Source of the DNA: Parcubacteria group bacterium
GTDB lineage: Bacteria > Patescibacteriota > Minisyncoccia > Phycocordibacterales > Zambryskibacteraceae
NCBI GenBank assembly: GCA_028286565.1
Contig: JAQBRH010000002.1
Span: 81,876 to 145,875 of the forward strand
Direction: 5' to 3'
Length of the DNA stretch: 64,000 bases
The translations under genes were made by a program, and so were the position numbers. Numbering within the stretch: the stretch's first letter is position 1; every line of letters begins with the position of its first letter. Below the pieces are notes generated by a model. It saw nothing but the letters and a program-made list of their open reading frames with translations, did no database searches and was not told the DNA's origin. Of the stretch, positions 62,961 to 64,000 are shown piece after piece.

Positions 62961-63722
62961 TTACCCTAAAGTCTCGGTCCGGGGCGCATCCTTCTTTGTG
63001 ATAATAAGGTACCCGACAATGACCAGGATGGCGACGAGGAAGATAATGCTCGTGATGACCGTGCCCAGGCCTAGGCCGCCGGCGTCCGCATCTTGCGAAA
63101 GCCAATCCCCGAGAGAGGCGCCGAGCGGTCGAGTGAGGATATAGGCGATCCAGAACGATACGACTGCGTTTAATTTTAGTTTGAAGTGAGCAAAGGCCGT
63201 GATCGCAATAGCTCCGGCAAAGAGAAGGGCCGACAGCGGATACCCTACGCTGAGCTTCTCGGCGATGAGATCTCCGGCCGCCGTCCCAAGAGCGAAGGTA
63301 AAGAGGATGGCGAGCCAGTAGAACGCTTCGCGGCGCGTGGTGGTAATGCTGTGGATCGAAAGAGTGCCTTCAACTTTGTGCCAAACGGCGAAGACGATCG
63401 CGAGGACAACCGCGAAAACCGCCGTGGTGGTCGTGAGGGATATGCCGAAGTTGTCGATGAGGTTGTCGGTGATGAGCGTGCCGACGATAGAAATGAGAAC
63501 GACGGCGAGCCAGTACAGGCCGGGGATATATTTCCTCGCTCGAAATTGGAAGAAAAGGACGACGAGGAGCAGCCCTCCCATAACGAGGGAAGTGCCCGTC
63601 AATCCGAGATTAAAACTTGTATTGAGAAAATCAGCAGCTGTCTCTCCGACCGTCGTACAGAGCACTTTGATGATCCAGAAATAGAGCGTTATCTCCGGGA
63701 CCTTGTTTAGCATGTTCTTCAT
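62961..63722 (-). CDS. Membrane protein with DUF347-like repeats
   Basis: ITLYFWIIKVLCTTVGETAADFL resembles the DUF347 repeat. Start set at MKNMLNK to exclude a likely spurious N-terminal extension. Confidence 0.5.
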   Translation of the reverse strand: MKNMLNKVPEITLYFWIIKVLCTTVGETAADFLNTSFNLGLTGTSLVMGGLLLVVLFFQFRARKYIPGLYWLAVVLISIVGTLITDNLIDNFGISLTTTTAVFAVVLAIVFAVWHKVEGTLSIHSITTTRREAFYWLAILFTFALGTAAGDLIAEKLSVGYPLSALLFAGAIAITAFAHFKLKLNAVVSFWIAYILTRPLGASLGDWLSQDADAGGLGLGTVITSIIFLVAILVIVGYLIITKKDAPRTETLG

Positions 63723-63835
63723 ATATGTGTAGAGTATACGCCTAGTTTCGGATACGAACATGACGCCATCATGACAAAACCGCTCCCTGGTACAGAAGAG
63801 CGGTTTTGTCCGAGGAACGGGCGCGTTGTTAGTTA

Positions 63836-64000
63836 ACGTTCGCAACCCCGTTCACATCATCGGCAGGATTTTCACCCTGCTCTGGAGTACCCGAGGAAGA
63901 AGCTGAATCGTCAGCAGTCTCCGCATCGGCGCTTTCGGCGACATCCGCCTTTTCGATACCGCCTTGTTCATCTTGAACATTATCGGTATCGGCGGCAGTC
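63836..64000 (-). CDS. 3' end (acidic C-terminal tail) of a gene that continues beyond the window
   Basis: Minus-strand frame is open to the window edge and ends …PADDVNGVANVN* (stop at 63836-63838). Confidence 0.35.

Noticed and set aside
62961-63845. Upstream 41 codons of ORF 62961..63845 (MRTLTNNAPVPRTKPLFCTRERF…)
   Set aside because: Precedes a TATACT-like -10 and adds a non-hydrophobic extension to an otherwise all-TM protein. The internal ATG (MKNMLNK) was chosen, but the longer form cannot be excluded.
1-64000. Alternative genetic code (UGA as Gly, as in some CPR lineages)
   Set aside because: Conserved genes (dnaK, leuS, cysS, ribosomal proteins) terminate at TGA/TAA/TAG at expected lengths and no in-frame TGA occurs within conserved domains, so the standard code fits.
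1-64000. CRISPR arrays, rRNA or tRNA genes, transposases or integrases
   Set aside because: No regularly spaced direct repeats and no rRNA- or tRNA-like conserved blocks were seen on visual scan of intergenic regions. No DDE, tyrosine or serine recombinase motifs were seen in any ORF.

Overview
This 64 kb window reads as a compact, gene-dense bacterial chromosome segment, probably from a reduced-genome (Candidate Phyla Radiation/Patescibacteria-like) organism. About 85% of genes lie on the minus strand, many in 1-8 nt overlapping operons. GC content is about 55-58%, except two AT-rich islands at roughly 29.3-31.4 kb and 36.5-38.2 kb. All calls below come from reading the sequence and translations by eye; no database searches were run.

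Genes I can support:
- Replication and repair: recR, dnaB, dinB (Y-family polymerase), a DEDD 3'-5' exonuclease, a family-4 uracil-DNA glycosylase, scpA and scpB.
- Translation: cysS, gltX (short form), archaeal-type aspS, trpS, a compact alaS, leuS, mnmA, ychF, infA, and a ribosomal/RNA polymerase run (rpmJ-rpsM-rpsK-rpsD-rpoA-rplQ, rplM-rpsI, rplI, rpmA).
- Cell envelope: a partial dcw cluster (a D-Ala-D-Ala carboxypeptidase, mraY, ftsW, murG), an M23 peptidase, mltG, a C-terminal processing protease, and a PAP2 / alpha-beta hydrolase / GT4 / DedA block.
- Chaperones: grpE-dnaK-dnaJ, with no CIRCE element upstream.
- Other: an ABC exporter, a multi-TM histidine kinase, speH, an MgtC-like protein and a CorA-like protein.

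No rRNA, tRNA, CRISPR array, transposase or integrase was recognised. Many genes have a TANNNT -10 box 5-8 nt upstream of the ATG with no Shine-Dalgarno, suggesting leaderless mRNAs. Hairpin+U-run terminators are frequent.

The regions most worth follow-up:
- An Rpf-like transglycosylase gene that is intact only if an A4 run carries a +1 frameshift. It is preceded by a roughly 160-nt leader containing a terminator hairpin, a candidate riboswitch or attenuator.
- Three unrecognisable genes with odd start/leader features, followed by an EVE-DUF1653-dinB gene string.
- An AT-rich island carrying a bacterial SET-domain methyltransferase, an orphan histidine kinase and a speH micro-operon with a coupled 39-codon membrane peptide.
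- A second AT-rich island with two paralogous secreted proteins sharing duplicated 5' leaders.
- An ATP-cone + Mrr-like PD-(D/E)xK nuclease fusion next to mgtC and the UDG.
- A membrane protein with four RR[AS/T]D repeats paired with an FtsA/PilM-like ATPase.
- A 74-aa gene flanked by a direct duplication of the ychF 3' end.
- Several repeated or palindromic intergenic motifs.
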